A stretch of 64,000 bases of DNA, counting the filler, from Octopus bimaculoides (taxonomy: Eukaryota): assembly GCF_001194135.2 (NCBI RefSeq). It is 5 parts of 4 records of this genome, joined end to end, with 100 filler letters (N's around TTAATTAATTAA, not from the genome) between each part and the next. Parts side by side here need not be neighbours in the genome. Positions count along the whole stretch, not along the records: positions 12,273 to 30,947 come from NC_068990.1; 4 more parts are not named here. One strand, written 5' to 3'. The translations under genes and the position numbers were made by a program. This document shows positions 12,375 to 25,752 of this stretch, in pieces. Position 1 is the stretch's first letter; every line of letters begins with the position of its first letter. Below the pieces are notes generated by a model. The model saw nothing but the letters and a program-made list of their open reading frames with translations, was not told the DNA's origin and did not search any database.

Positions 12375-13340
12375 TAGGATGATGAGTCTGAATTTAGTTA
12401 TGATAACAATAGTAATAGTTGTTATTAGTCGTATATGAGTTAAATTTACAGTCACTATCTTTCAACGTGTCTCTTGTACTGTTTCATCATATGATTCGTG
12501 GCACTAGTGCCAGGGAAGATGAGGGACGTACCACCCGGTTTACTTTATCAATCTGAGCTAAGTTTTAAAAATTAGGCATACACCTCCACAAGCTTTACAC
12601 CAACTGAATGTATCTTCCTTACATTGGCGAGGACTATGTCTAATTATTCTTTTGATAGCATAAGAAAACCTAATCCACTTTTGGCAACAAAAAGATAGTT
12701 AACCTTCATTTTACCTTGCTTTTGGATGCAGAATTTCATTAAGAGCAGGCTGGTTCGTTAAGCGAAGCAGATTTCTTCTCGGCCAGTTGTTTCATGTTTC
12801 GTGTCTACCTGTCGTTAAAGGGGTTGGAGTATCATAATAAACCGCGCAACTTTTTTTCAACGTTTTATTCATTTGGTAATGTTGTGCTTTGCTATTGCTG
12901 TCATAGTTGTTTGCTGTATCGTTGTGAATGTTCGAGTTAAAGTCACCTTTTACAGTAAAAAAAAAAAAAAATCATTATTTTTTTTCCTTGTTTACGTTCT
13001 GCTGAGTAATTTAATTTACATTCTCTTTTTGCTTGTTTGTTTTCTGTGCAGTTGAATTTCGTTAAATTTCTCTGTGGGCGTTTTCTTTCTAGCTGGTGGC
13101 CATCTTAGGTTGAATGTAAACACAATAAAACTATATTTAATATGTTCAAAATGACAAACTTTGCTTCTCTCATGACATCAGAGAAACGTCCATAATTGTT
13201 TTAGTTGAAAATATTTTAAGATATTTTTTCGTTATTATGTTTGTTAAAAATCTAAAATTTAATATCTAAAAACAGTCGTATATCCGCTTACGTTAGACAG
13301 CAGCTGCAGCAGCAGTAACAACAACAACTAATAATAATAA

Positions 13341-13779
13341 TCGATTCTACTACAGGCACAAGGCTTGAAAATTTTGGGGATGGAGCTGGTCGATTACATC
13401 AACTGGTACTTATTTTATTGACCCCGAAAGGATGAAAGGCAAAGACGACCTCGTCGGAATTTGAATTCAGAACAAAAGACGGATGAAATGCTGCTAAGTA
13501 TTTTGGCCAGCGAGCTAACGATTCGGCCAGTTCACCGCCTTAATGATAGTAATAATCTTTTCTACTATAGGCGCAAGGCCTGAAATTTGGGGGAAGGGGA
13601 TAGTCGATTACATCGGCCCCAGTGTTTCACTGGTACTTAATTTATCGAAAGGATGAAAGGCAAAGTCGACCTCAGTGGAATTTGAACTCAGGACGTAGCG
13701 ACGGGCGAAATACCGATAACCATTTCGTCCAGCGTGCTAACGATTCGGGAGCACGCGTTTGAATTATAATAATGATATC

Positions 13780-13830
<51 letters not shown>

Positions 13831-14377
13831 CCTTTCTACACAAATCACAAAGCCAGAAATCTATGGGAGGGTATAATATATTACAACGACCCCAGTACTT
13901 GACTGGTACTTAATTTATCGACCTCGAAAGGATGAAAGGCAAAGTCGTCGGCGGTGGAATTTGAAATCAGAATGTAAAAACGGGCGAAATGCCGCTAAGC
14001 ATTTCGTCCGACGTGATAACGATTTTACCAGCTTGCCGCCTTAATAGTTATGATGATGATGATGATGATGATGATGACGACGACGACAATAATGATGATG
14101 ACGATTGGAAGAAAGAAGTTTAGTTGTAGTAGCAGCAGCAGGAGCTGTAGTAGTAGTAGTAGTAGTATAATGATGAGGATATTCTTAACAGACCTTTCTT
14201 ATCTTGGTACAAAAACAGCAATTTTGAGGGAAGGGGCAAGTCAACTCCAATACTCGGCTGGTAATTTATTTTATGGACCCCGAAAGAATGAAAGGCAAAG
14301 TTAGCCTCAGGGGAATTTAGAATGTAAAGAATCGAAAGAAATGCCATTGAAGATTCTGTCCGACCCACAAACAAATC
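13341..14377 (-). mobile_element. Four tandem copies of a tRNA-derived SINE (family C) separated by (TAA)/(TGA)n
   Basis: Copies at about 13341-13541, 13556-13758, 13831-14042 and 14193-14377 share ggtacttaatttatcgaccccgaaaggatgaaaggcaaagtcgacctcgg and the head aaggcggcgagctggcagaa on the minus strand. Confidence 0.85.
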
Positions 14378-14441
<64 letters not shown>

Positions 14442-14447
14442 TAATAG

Positions 14448-17400
14448 GAATAGCCCCGCGCTGAATAACATGGACGTGCTACACCGGGCTCCCCATTCAA
14501 GAACAAATCTAATCCAATAACATCGACGGAATTGGATAAAGGAACCCGTGGAAGACTTGAANNNNNNNNNNNNNNNNNNNNNNNNNNNNNNNNNNNNNNN
14601 NNNNNNNNNNNNNNNNNNNNNNNNNNNNNNNNNNNNNNNNNNNNNNNNNNNNNNNNNNNNNNNNNNNNNNNNNNNNNNNNNNNNNNNNNNNNNNNNNNNN
14701 NNNNNNNNNNNNNNNNNNNNNNNNNNNNNNNNNNNNNNNNNNNNNNNNNNNNNNNNNNNNNNNNNNNNNNNNNNNNNNNNNNNNNNNNNNNNNNNNNNNN
14801 NNNNNNNNNNNNNNNNNNNNNNNNNNNNNNNNNNNNNNNNNNNNNNNNNNNNNNNNNNNNNNNNNNNNNNNNNNNNNNNNNNNNNNNNNNNNNNNNNNNN
14901 NNNNNNNNNNNNNNNNNNNNNNNNNNNNNNNNNNAAAACAAATATTTTATTTTTTTATTTTTTATTTTTCGAATTAACACAGACAGAGTGAACTATTCAT
15001 AAGTTAAAAACACCACAAAAAGTATGCTCGGACATAAACCTATAAAAAAGAAAAAAATACAGACGAATACAAATCTGTTAGTCTTAAGAAGCTACGGTAC
15101 GAGCAATGTTTACACGCAGAGAACTCGGAGACGGTCTTGTCTCAAAAAATTAACCCTAAACAGACAGATCCGTCCCCTAATGTCAACGTCGAAGCTCGTC
15201 ATGCCTCACTGTAAACAAAGCAAAATACAAACCGGAATGGTCATCGACCGAATTACAAAAGACCACGTACTCGATTAAGGAACCAGATTCGAGACGAAAA
15301 AACCAGCTACTGATTCAAATCTTTCCGACACACAGGAGCTGGAAGTACCCCCACGACCGGAATATTCCAACAGATGGCCATCCATTCTCGTCATCAAACA
15401 ACCAAAAGAAAAAGAATGAAAAATGGTCTAGGGAAGATAATAAAGAAGTTCTTACGGCCTTCTACCATTCCATATATTTCCCCACAAATAAATCTAATAC
15501 TGTACAAACCTACTTAAACTGGAGACAGAAACGCCTTGAAGTAAGACCCTACATAAGCAGTAACAAACTTGCCAACGTCAGAAGAAACATGAAAAAAAAT
15601 TACTAACTGAAGTAGAGATTGACCAAATTAAACAAGCAGTAATGGATAAAAGGAACGAAGCTGCCGCTAAAGATACTACACAGGAAATAATTATAGACCG
15701 GCCCAGGGCTGATGAAAATGCAGTAATGATTGATAGAGTTGGCAAAGTCAACTACTCTCCGAACCAACCATAAACACTAAGGCAGATGAAAATCAAATAG
15801 ATGAAGAAAGTCACAAAGAAATTGACCCAACAGAACTACATGATCAAAAAAACCAAATCATGATTGAATGGCTGAAAATTAAAGAAACCAGTATGAATGA
15901 ACGTGACACTCTCCCCAAAATTCGGAATTCTAACCAAAGCCTGAAAATAATTAGTAAAATCCGCCTTGCACTTAAGGATATAATTTCAGATCTCAACCAC
16001 CTGTACTATGCATCCGCTAAAATCTCAACGATTCTATGTGGTGAAAAGATTAGAAAACGACAACATTCCCACAAAAAGCTTTCTTGGCAAGAGCGTATTC
16101 AACACCAAATTAAGCTACTTAGGTCTGACATAGAATGTTTAAAAAACCTTAAGCTTGACAAGACTATCAAACCTACAAAAACCCGAAAATTAAAGGAAAA
16201 ATATAAAATGAAAACCATACTTGACATTGATGACACCACAGAAACAATAAAGCAAAAGGCATGTGCTAAAGTTGCCTGCAGAGCAAGGTATAAAAAGCGC
16301 GTTAGATTCTTCAAGGACAACATGTTCAAAAATAACCCCCAAAATTTTTACAGGAAGATAGGGAAAATACCAGTTATAGTAAAGTCTGTCCCATCAAAAG
16401 AAGTGCAGGAATTTTGGAATAAAATTTGGGCAGAAGAAAAAAACGCACAATGAAAAGGCCCCTTGGATTGATAGAATATCTACAGACTCGTTAGAGGAGC
16501 ACAAGTGGGAGGGTGTCAAGTAGAAAATATAAGATCTGCTCTCAGGAGGTCAAGCAAATGGAAGTCTCCAGGAAAGGATAAAATTCTTAACTTCTGGCTG
16601 AATGCCTTCCCAGAGAGCCATGAACAACTAACAAAACTTTACAACGATGTTTTGCAACATCCTAGTATGATTCCCTCTTGGCTAGTTAATGGTTTAACAT
16701 TCCTACTTCCAAACAATAAAGAAACAAATGAACCAAAAACTTATTGACCCATAATCTGCTTAACAACAATGTACAAAACGTTAACATCTGTCCTGACTGA
16801 ATATACCTATAGTTTTTTAATAGAAAGTAGCATATTCCCAAATGAGCAAAAAGGATGTAAACTTGGATCTTATGGTTGTAAAGATCAGCTACTCATCAAT
16901 AAGTTGATCTTAAAAGATTGTCACAAACGACACAAAAACTTGTCAATAGCCTGAATAGACTATAAAAAAGATTTTGATAGCCTACCACATAACTGGATTA
17001 AGAAATGTCTGGAAATGTATAAAATAGCACCTACTCGGCGAAATGTCTTCTCTGTAAATGTGAGATCATGAAGAACCACACTGACTTTGAACAGTGACAA
17101 ATAATCTCTAAATGCTGGAGATGTAAGAATTTCATGTGGCATTTTCCAGGGTGACTCACTATCACCAATCTTCTTTTGTCTAGCTTTAATACTTCTCTCG
17201 AAATTGCTCAATGATGCACAGTACGGTTATAAAATATTTGACAAAAATATAAATCATCTCATTTACAATGGATGATTTAAAGCTATTTGCAAAAAATGAC
17301 CAACAACTCAAGGGCTTACTATCGATTGTTAAACAATTCAGGGATGCCATCAGTATGCAATTTGGCTTCAATAAATGTGCAAAAGCTACCTTTATCAAAG

Positions 17401-18994
17401 GAGAAATTACAGAAACATCTAACGTTAACCTTAGGCAGCAGAACGTCATAAAAGAGTTAGAACCAGCGGAAAGCTGCAGATACCTAGGTTAATTGAAGGG
17501 GACAGAATCAAACATTCAGTGATGAGGGAAAGGATCAAAAGAGAATGAGAATGAGTGATGAGGGAAAGGATCAGAAGAGAATCAGGGTGAGAGCAATACT
17601 GGAGACAGAGCTAAATGCAAGAAACAGGATGGAAGCAATCAATACTTTAGCCATACCAGTCGTGACTTACAGTTTCAATATCATTAACTGATCAATTACA
17701 GAAATATGTAATCTTGACAGAAAAATACGAAAATTGTTGACAATGCATAGAATGCACCACCCTAAGGCAGATATAGAACGACTTTATCTGCTAAGAAAAG
17801 AAGGAGGCCGTGGACTTTTACAACTGGCATTAACAATGAAGGTTACCACAATTGGCCTAGACACCTACCTGAAAAACTCTGACGGCTGGATGTTAAATCT
17901 TGTCTCAAAACATGAAAGCAAGAAAGCATCTTACTCAGTAACAAAATAGGCAAAGGAATATTTAAGTGTATTCCGAATACAACAAATTCCAGAATTAGAC
18001 GTACTAGAAACAAGCGCAGAAAAAGCTAAGCGTATGAAAACCCGTGCTAAAACTGCTGTTTTAGATATTCTTACTGATAAATGGCAAGAAAAACCTCTTA
18101 ATGGCAAATACCCAAAGAGAGCTATTAATGTTGATATTGACAAAACCCTTACCCATCAATTGCTAATGGCTTCTGGTTTAAAATCTGAAACAGAAGGGTT
18201 TATCATAGCAGCCCAAGATCAATGCCTACCTACAAAGAACTATCAGGCCAACACATTAAAGAACGGCAGCTCCCAATATGTCGTGTATGTCAACAACAAA
18301 ATGAGACCATTGATTCTGTTGTCTCCATGTGCAGTTTTCTTGCGCCTACAGAGTATCTCAGCAGGCATGATAGAGCTGCACAATATATTCACTGGGTAAT
18401 TTGCAAAAACCTGGACTTGCCCCATGATAAAAACTGGTCGGAACACAAACCACCTCCAGTGCTTGAAAATGATCACATCACTCTCTGGAACTTCACCATT
18501 CAAACTGACAGAAAGATAGATGCAAATAGGTCAAACATCATATTGAAAGACTTCAGACATAAATCATGCCTTCTTATTGATTGATATGACTGTTCCAATC
18601 GATATAACATATCTGTCAAGACCTACCCAAAACTGAGCAAGTATAAAGATCTTGAAATAGGAATTAGCAAAATGTGGAACCTGAAGACTAAAACAATACC
18701 TGTTGTCATAGGTTCCCTACGAATGATAGCAAAAGGGGCTGATTGCTACCTAGCTCAGATACCAGGAAAACCCAAAATGGCAGAAATTCAAAAGATTGTG
18801 CTCATGGGAACGTAAAATACTGTCTATGTAATCTCAAATTTTAAAGCAAACACATAATTTTCTCTAGAACAACGCTATGTACAAAACCAAATATGTACAA
18901 AACCAACATGAACTTCTAACTTGTTGTCTCTTGAGATCTCTGGGTGAGACATGGAGCCAACTTGTACAAATGCAAAGCAAAAGTCAAGCATAAA

Positions 18995-18998
<4 letters not shown>
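14448..18998 (+). mobile_element. Apparently full-length but mutated R4/Dong-type non-LTR retrotransposon (RT, CCHC knuckle, RLE)
   Basis: KWSREDNKEVLTAFY N-terminus; RT motifs KWKSPGKDKILNFWL, EQKGCKLGSYGCKDQLLINK, DYKKDFDSLPH, GIFQGDSLSP and MDDLKLFA; CRVCQQQNETIDSVVSMC...RHDRAAQYIHW; LWNFTIQTDRKIDANRSNII. (TAA)n on both sides; about 370 N inside the 5' UTR. Confidence 0.9.
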
Positions 18999-19046
<48 letters not shown>

Positions 19047-19069
19047 TGATGATGATGATGATAATAATA

Positions 19070-19269
19070 TCCTGGCTAAGAAGGAATATATTCACAGACA
19101 CGACAGAGCTGGGACCTATATACACTGGAAGCTATGCCAACATTATGGAATCGCAACAGAAAAAAGATGGTATAAACACACGCCAGAAAAGGTCACAGAA
19201 AACGAGAAAGCAACCATACTCTGGGATATGCCAATACACACAGATAGAGAAATTAAGGCAAATAGACCA
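19070..19269 (+). mobile_element. Dong-type RLE fragment, cut by a gap
   Basis: YIHRHDRAGTYIHWKLCQHYGI...WYKHTPEKVTENEKATILWDMPIHTDREIKANRP in a frame other than the tracked ORF. Confidence 0.85.
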
Positions 19270-19929
19270 NNNNNNNNNNNNNNNNNNNNNNNNNNNNNNN
19301 NNNNNNNNNNNNNNNNNNNNNNNNNNNNNNNNNNNNNNNNNNNNNNNNNNNNNNNNNNNNNNNNNNNNNNNNNNNNNNNNNNNNNNNNNNNNNNNNNNNN
19401 NNNNNNNNNNNNNNNNNNNNNNNNNNNNNNNNNNNNNNNNNNNNNNNNNNNNNNNNNNNNNNNNNNNNNNNNNNNNNNNNNNNNNNNNNNNNNNNNNNNN
19501 NNNNNNNNNNNNNNNNNNNNNNNNNNNNNNNNNNNNNNNNNNNNNNNNNNNNNNNNNNNNNNNNNNNNNNNNNNNNNNNNNNNNNNNNNNNNNNNNNNNN
19601 NNNNNNNNNNNNNNNNNNNNNNNNNNNNNNNNNNNNNNNNNNNNNNNNNNNNNNNNNNNNNNNNNNNNNNNNNNNNNNNNNNNNNNNNNNNNNNNNNNNN
19701 NNNNNNNNNNNNNNNNNNNNNNNNNNNNNNNNNNNNNNNNNNNNNNNNNNNNNNNNNNNNNNNNNNNNNNNNNNNNNNNNNNNNNNNNNNNNNNNNNNNC
19801 TACTGAATAATAATAATAATAATAATAATAATGATGATGATGATGATGATGATGATGATAATGATAATAATAATAATAATAATGATAATGATGATGATGA
19901 TGATGATGATAATAATAATAATAATGATG

Positions 19930-19997
<68 letters not shown>

Positions 19998-19998
<1 letters not shown>

Positions 19999-21494
19999 GA
20001 AGGCTCTGGTATCCAACATGCAAGCATGAAAGAGAAGATTAGGAAGGAATGTTATAGAAGAGTTCGAGCAATTCTGAAGTCTGAGCTGAATGCATATAAT
20101 AAGGTGTTAGCCATAAATTCCTTAGTAGTCCCAGCTGTTGTTCATAGCGTCAATGTGCTTAACTGGAATACCGGTGAAATAATGAAAATTGGTAGAAAAA
20201 TCCGCAAGCTACTGACTTGTAATAAGATGGACCATCCAAAGGCAGACGTGGATCGCCTTTACCTTCCTAGAGCAGTTCAAGGAGGTCGATGCTTGATACA
20301 GCTTGAACTTATATACAAAACCACCACAATCGGAATGGTCAAATACCTTGAAACAACCAACGATTGGATGCTAAAACTTGTTGAAAAACATGAAAGACCG
20401 AAAAAACCTCACTCTATTCTGAAAGAGAGCAAAACATTCGCTACTGATCTCTTAGAAACCTACCAGTTTGATCAGGTTGAAGGAAATGCGCCAACTGTCA
20501 CTGCAAAGAAAATCAAATTAATTGCAAAGACAAAAGCACATGAAAAATTAGCTAGCAGATGGGAACAGAAACCTCTGTATGGCAAGTATGTGGCCCGTAG
20601 CAAACAAGCTGATGTCGACCAGAAACACACACGTCAATGGATACGAAGCTCAGGGCTAAAAGCAGAGAGTGATGGTTTCATATTAACTGCTCAAGACCAA
20701 AGTTTATTAACCCGGAACTACCAAGCCAATGGGATAAAAAATGGAGCTGACCCAAAATGCCGATTCTGTAACGATGAGATTGAAACTATAGACCACCTAA
20801 TCTCAGGGTGTAGAGTGTTGGTACCTGTAGAATATAAAGCAAGACATGACAGTGTCGGCCAGTATTGACACTGGACAATATGTCGGCATTATAAAATCAA
20901 AACCGCTGACAAATGATATAAACACCATCCTGAAGCTATGACTGAGGGAGAAAATGTGTCGATTCTCTGGGACTTCCCAGTACATATCGACAAAACTATA
21001 AAAGCTAATAAACCGGATATTATTATAATAGATCAGACAAAAAAGATGGTTTATTAATTGACATGAGTATTCCTTGCGATCATAATATAGCGGCGAAAGA
21101 ATTTGACAAGATCAGTAAATATAAAGACTTGCTAATAGAAGAAAATGTGGCACCTCAAGGCGACTACCGTACCAGTGATTGTAGGATCTCTAAGAATGAT
21201 AAAAAAAGGTACTGAAACCTATTTGAAAATGATATCAGGCTTACCATCCCTACAGGAAGTGCAAAAAATCGTGTTAACTGGAACGACTCATGTACTGAGA
21301 AGAGCATTATCACTGTGAAAACAACATCCATTCATGAATTTATTTATAAATTTTTTACATACATATTTTACCTGTGAACTTGCGTGTGTAAATTGGGAAT
21401 GCATACAATGAGCTTCTTCTGCCCTAGGCATACGGAAAACACTCGGCGAGAAATGGAAGAAAATTTGAAGAAAGAAGAAAAAGAAGAACAACAA
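19998..21494 (+). mobile_element. 5'-truncated R4/Dong-type LINE (second subfamily)
   Basis: KEKIRKECYRRVRAILKSELN...HPKADVDRLYLPR...GLKAESDGFILTAQDQSL...CRFCNDEIETIDHLISGC...ILWDFPVHIDKTIKANKPDI...VLTGTTHVLRRALSL*, followed by a UTR and (TAA)n at 21495-21590. Confidence 0.9.
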
Positions 21495-21519
21495 CATAAT
21501 AATAATAATAACAATAATG

Positions 21520-21591
<72 letters not shown>

Positions 21592-22039
21592 GAAGCCCTG
21601 ATGCAGTACCAGGCAGTGGCTCTCATAGCTTCTGATCTTAACTGATTGTAAGTGTTATCATGTACATTGTTTTATCTTGGTATAAAAGATGGGCTACAGC
21701 AAATATTCTGCTCAATACCACAGATTTGCTTGTCAGTTGTTTGACCTTAACCAGTTGAGCATGTCACTTAGTGGCTGACGATATGTGCATTTCTGATCAC
21801 GAGCAGAAGTAGTGGGTGAGCTTTATAGCCATGTGTTGAAAGGAATTCTTTGGAGTTTGGATAATTCACCTTTGGAAGATGGGCTACTCAACCCGAAGAA
21901 AATTCTAACTGGGTTTCCTCCTGCAAGGTCATGCGCTGTTTATCTTGATATGAGATCACTATGTCGCGTACATATGGTTGTGATGCATGTGCTTGGTGTA
22001 CCCTTATGAGACGGGGAGGGGGGAAGGGTTGTCATAATG

Positions 22040-22810
22040 GGTATACTGGGTTTCGTACATTTTGCCTCAGTGTCATTTTTTGGCATGCTCTCTCACTCAA
22101 TAATGATAATAACGGCTCTAAACAAAAGCGGGACTCATGAAAACCAAATCCATCCCCATTCGAAGAGAAATATTCCAAAGAGACACGCTCTCTCTACTCC
22201 TTTTCTGCTTACTGGCACCTTTATCTGACATGCTATTCAGAACTGGATGTGGTTATAACTGTTACGGCAAAACAATCAGCCACCTCTTATATATGGATGA
22301 TCTAAAACTGTACGCTACAAATGACAAACAGCTGGAAACATTACTACAGACAGTACATGCATTTATCAAAGAAATAAACATGAAATTTGGCTCAGGAAAA
22401 TGTACCAAAGCAACGTTGAAAAGAGGAAAACTAGTTACAACCATACTCTGGGATATGTCAATTCACACATATAGAGAAATTAAGGCCAATAGGCCGGATA
22501 TAGTTGTCAGAGATCATCAAGAAAAAGAATGTTTTCTAATTGATGTATCAATACCAACAGATGACAATGTTTCTCTAAAAGAAACGGAGAAACTTTCAAA
22601 TTACAAAGATCTGGAAATAGTAGTAACTCGAATGTGGAGTCAAAAACAGAAACAATTCCTGTCATAGTAGGCGTATTAGATATGATAAAAAATATTCAGG
22701 CAAATATATAACAAAATCACCAGATCTAACAAATATATATAACATTCAGAAAATAACATTACACGGCACCGCACACATCCTACGCAAAACACTTTCAATG
22801 CAGTAAAAAT
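22040..22810 (+). mobile_element. Internally deleted Dong-type LINE (RT joined directly to RLE)
   Basis: IPIRREIFQRDTLSLLLFC...HLLYMDDLKLYA...KCTKATLKRGKLV joined to TTILWDMSIHTYREIKANRPDIVV...FLIDVSIP. Confidence 0.85.
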
Positions 22811-23014
22811 AAGAGCACCACGACATTATTTGCTACTGTGATGAACCTAAAATGGACATTATTTGATAAAAGTGGAACACACAAAAATATATGCATATAC
22901 CATACAAGAATTCACAAATATACATACAATCTACAATAATAGCCCCTAGTCAGTTTAGTAAATATTCAATGAAAGACAGTCTTTCGTAGCATCTGTAATA
23001 CAACTCTCAGAACT

Positions 23015-23218
23015 GATATTGGTTTCATATTTTGGCATCAGACCAGCAAATTCAGAAGAGGAGACTAGTTGATTACATTGACCTCAGTCCTTGATTGGTA
23101 CTTATCATCTCCTAAAGAGATGAAAGATAAAGTCGACCGCGGCGGAATCTGAACTCAGGATGTAGAGACGGACGAATTGCAGCTAAGCATGCTAATGATT
23201 CTACAGACTCGGCGCCTT
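23015..23218 (-). mobile_element. SINE family C copy
   Basis: Same core as the 13.3-14.4 kb copies; head ...cggcgcctt at 23210-23218. Confidence 0.75.
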
Positions 23219-23379
23219 AAAATCTCAGAGCGCATACTATACGCAATCACCGGCCAAAACTACAACATAATATTCTATACATTCACCTCTCGATACTATA
23301 ACATGACTTATGTAACAAATGTTTTACACTCTGGCCTCTCATTATCATAACTCATACATCAAACATCCTACACCACAAA

Positions 23380-23705
23380 AAGCGCGTGGCTTAGTGGTTA
23401 GGGCTCCCCATCGTAAGGTCACCATTGTAAGATCGTGAGTTCGATTCCCGGTGGTGCATTGTATCCTTGAGCAAGACTCTTTATTTCACGTTGCTCTAGT
23501 CCACTCAGCAGACAAAAATGAGTTGTACCTGTAATTCAAAGGGTTGGCCTTGTCATATTCTGTGTCATGATGAATGTCCCTAAGAACTATGCTAAGGGTA
23601 CACGCGTCTGTGGAGTGTTCTGCCACTTGCACGTTAATCTCATGAGCTGGCTGTTCCTTTGATCGGATCAACAGGGACCCTCGTCGCAAACGACAGAATA
23701 CCAGT
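23380..23705 (+). mobile_element. tRNA-headed SINE with a conserved-type central domain (family D)
   Basis: A box tggcttagtgg, B box gttcgattcc, then gtatccttgagcaagac (CORE/Deu/Meta-SINE-like core). Confidence 0.7.
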
Positions 23706-23794
23706 TTACACCATCTCCTAGCATCGTTACACAACTCGCACAATATATACGAAGCAAAATGATCTGAGGAGAATGAAATGGAAGGCCTATTTTT

Positions 23795-23836
<42 letters not shown>

Positions 23837-24899
23837 NNNNNNNNNNNNNNNNNNNNNNNNNNNNNNNNNNNNNNNNNNNNNNNNNNNNNNNNNNNNNNNN
23901 NNNNNNNNNNNNNNNNNNNNNNNNNNNNNNNNNNNNNNNNNNNNNNNNNNNNNNNNNNNNNNNNNNNNNNNNNNNNNNNNNNNNNNNNNNNNNNNNNNNN
24001 NNNNNNNNNNNNNNNNNNNNNNNNNNNNNNNNNNNNNNNNNNNNNNNNNNNNNNNNNNNNNNNNNNNNNNNNNNNNNNNNNNNNNNNNNNNNNNNNNNNN
24101 NNNNNNNNNNNNNNNNNNNNNNNNNNNNNNNNNNNNNNNNNNNNNNNNNNNNNNNNNNNNNNNNNNNNNNNNNNNNNNNNNNNNNNNNNNNNNNNNNNNN
24201 NNNNNNNNNNNNNNNNNNNNNNNNNNNNNNNNNNNNNNNNNNNNNNNNNNNNNNNNNNNNNNNNNNNNNNNNNNNNNNNNNNNNNNNNNNNNNNNNNNNN
24301 NNNNNNNNNNNNNNNNNNNNNNNNNNNNNNNNNNNNNNNNNNNNNNNNNNNNNNNNNNNNNNNNNNNNNNNNNNNNNNNNNNNNNNNNNNNNNNNNNNNN
24401 NNNNNNNNNNNNNNNNNNNNNNNNNNNNNNNNNNNNNNNNNNNNNNNNNNNNNNNNNNNNNNNNNNNNNNNNNNNNNNNNNNNNNNNNNNNNNNNNNNNN
24501 NNNNNNNNNNNNNNNNNNNNNNNNNNNNNNNNNNNNNNNNNNNNNNNNNNNNNNNNNNNNNNNNNNNNNNNNNNNNNNNNNNNNNNNNNNNNNNNNNNNN
24601 NNNNNNNNNNNNNNNNNNNNNNNNNNNNNNNNNNNNNNNNNNNNNNNNNNNNNNNNNNNNNNNNNNNNNNNNNNNNNNNNNNNNNNNNNNNNNNNNNNNN
24701 NNNNNNNNNNNNNNNNNNNNNNNNNNNNNNNNNNNNNNNNNNNNNNNNNNNNNNNNNNNNNNNNTACTAATGATTCTTAATATAACATGTTTTTATATTT
24801 AAATTTTGAATAGGGCTGACGGAGCAACTGGCAGTCATTTTATTTTTTACTAAAAGGAAAACGAAAGCAAAGCGTGGTTGATGAATCATTATTATTATG

Positions 24900-24947
<48 letters not shown>

Positions 24948-25454
24948 CTGACCAAGTTACTGAAGCAAGGTGAAATTTTTTGACACTTTCTCGTTTATAC
25001 ACTCACTTATCCGGTATTAAAATCATTGAAACTATCAAGCAACAGACATGCAGAAAATAAAAAAGAAAGAAATGTGTTGTTATTTAGAGTCAAGTAAATG
25101 TGTGCTAATTTGTGTTAAATAGTCATTAAAAGAAAGTTTTTACTGTATCTAAAATGGGTCGTTACTTCTCAAAGTACACTACAATACTTTGTTTTATTGC
25201 ATTTACAGTTAGTGCATTTTATTACGTTAATAAAATTTGTTCTTTACTTAAATTCCATTTCTACTATTGACAAAATATTAATAATAATACTGATGTATAT
25301 ATAGACTTTAATGAATTTTGTAAGATGCTATGGTAATTAAAAAGTGATGATCAGATATCTGGAAAATTCAGTTGTCCGGCAATTTTCCGGTCCCAGTGGT
25401 GCCGGATAGGAAGCAGTTTAACATTTACAGAATGAATGAATACACCGATATATT

Positions 25455-25658
25455 ACTCTTTTACTCTTTTACTTGTTTCAGTCCTTTGACTGCGTCCATA
25501 CTGGAGCACCGCCCTTTAGTCGAGCAAATCGACCCCAGTACTTATTCTTTGTAAGCCTAGTATTTATTCTATCGGTCTCTTAGGCCGAACCGCTAAGTGA
25601 CAGGGACGTACACACCACCATCGGTTGTCAAGCGATATTGGGGGGACAAACAGACACA

Positions 25659-25716
<58 letters not shown>

Positions 25717-25721
25717 TACAT

Positions 25722-25752
<31 letters not shown>

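Noticed and set aside
13341-14377. Regularly spaced repeats resembling a CRISPR array
   Set aside because: The units are ~200-bp tRNA-derived SINEs with microsatellite spacers in a eukaryotic context; no cas genes.
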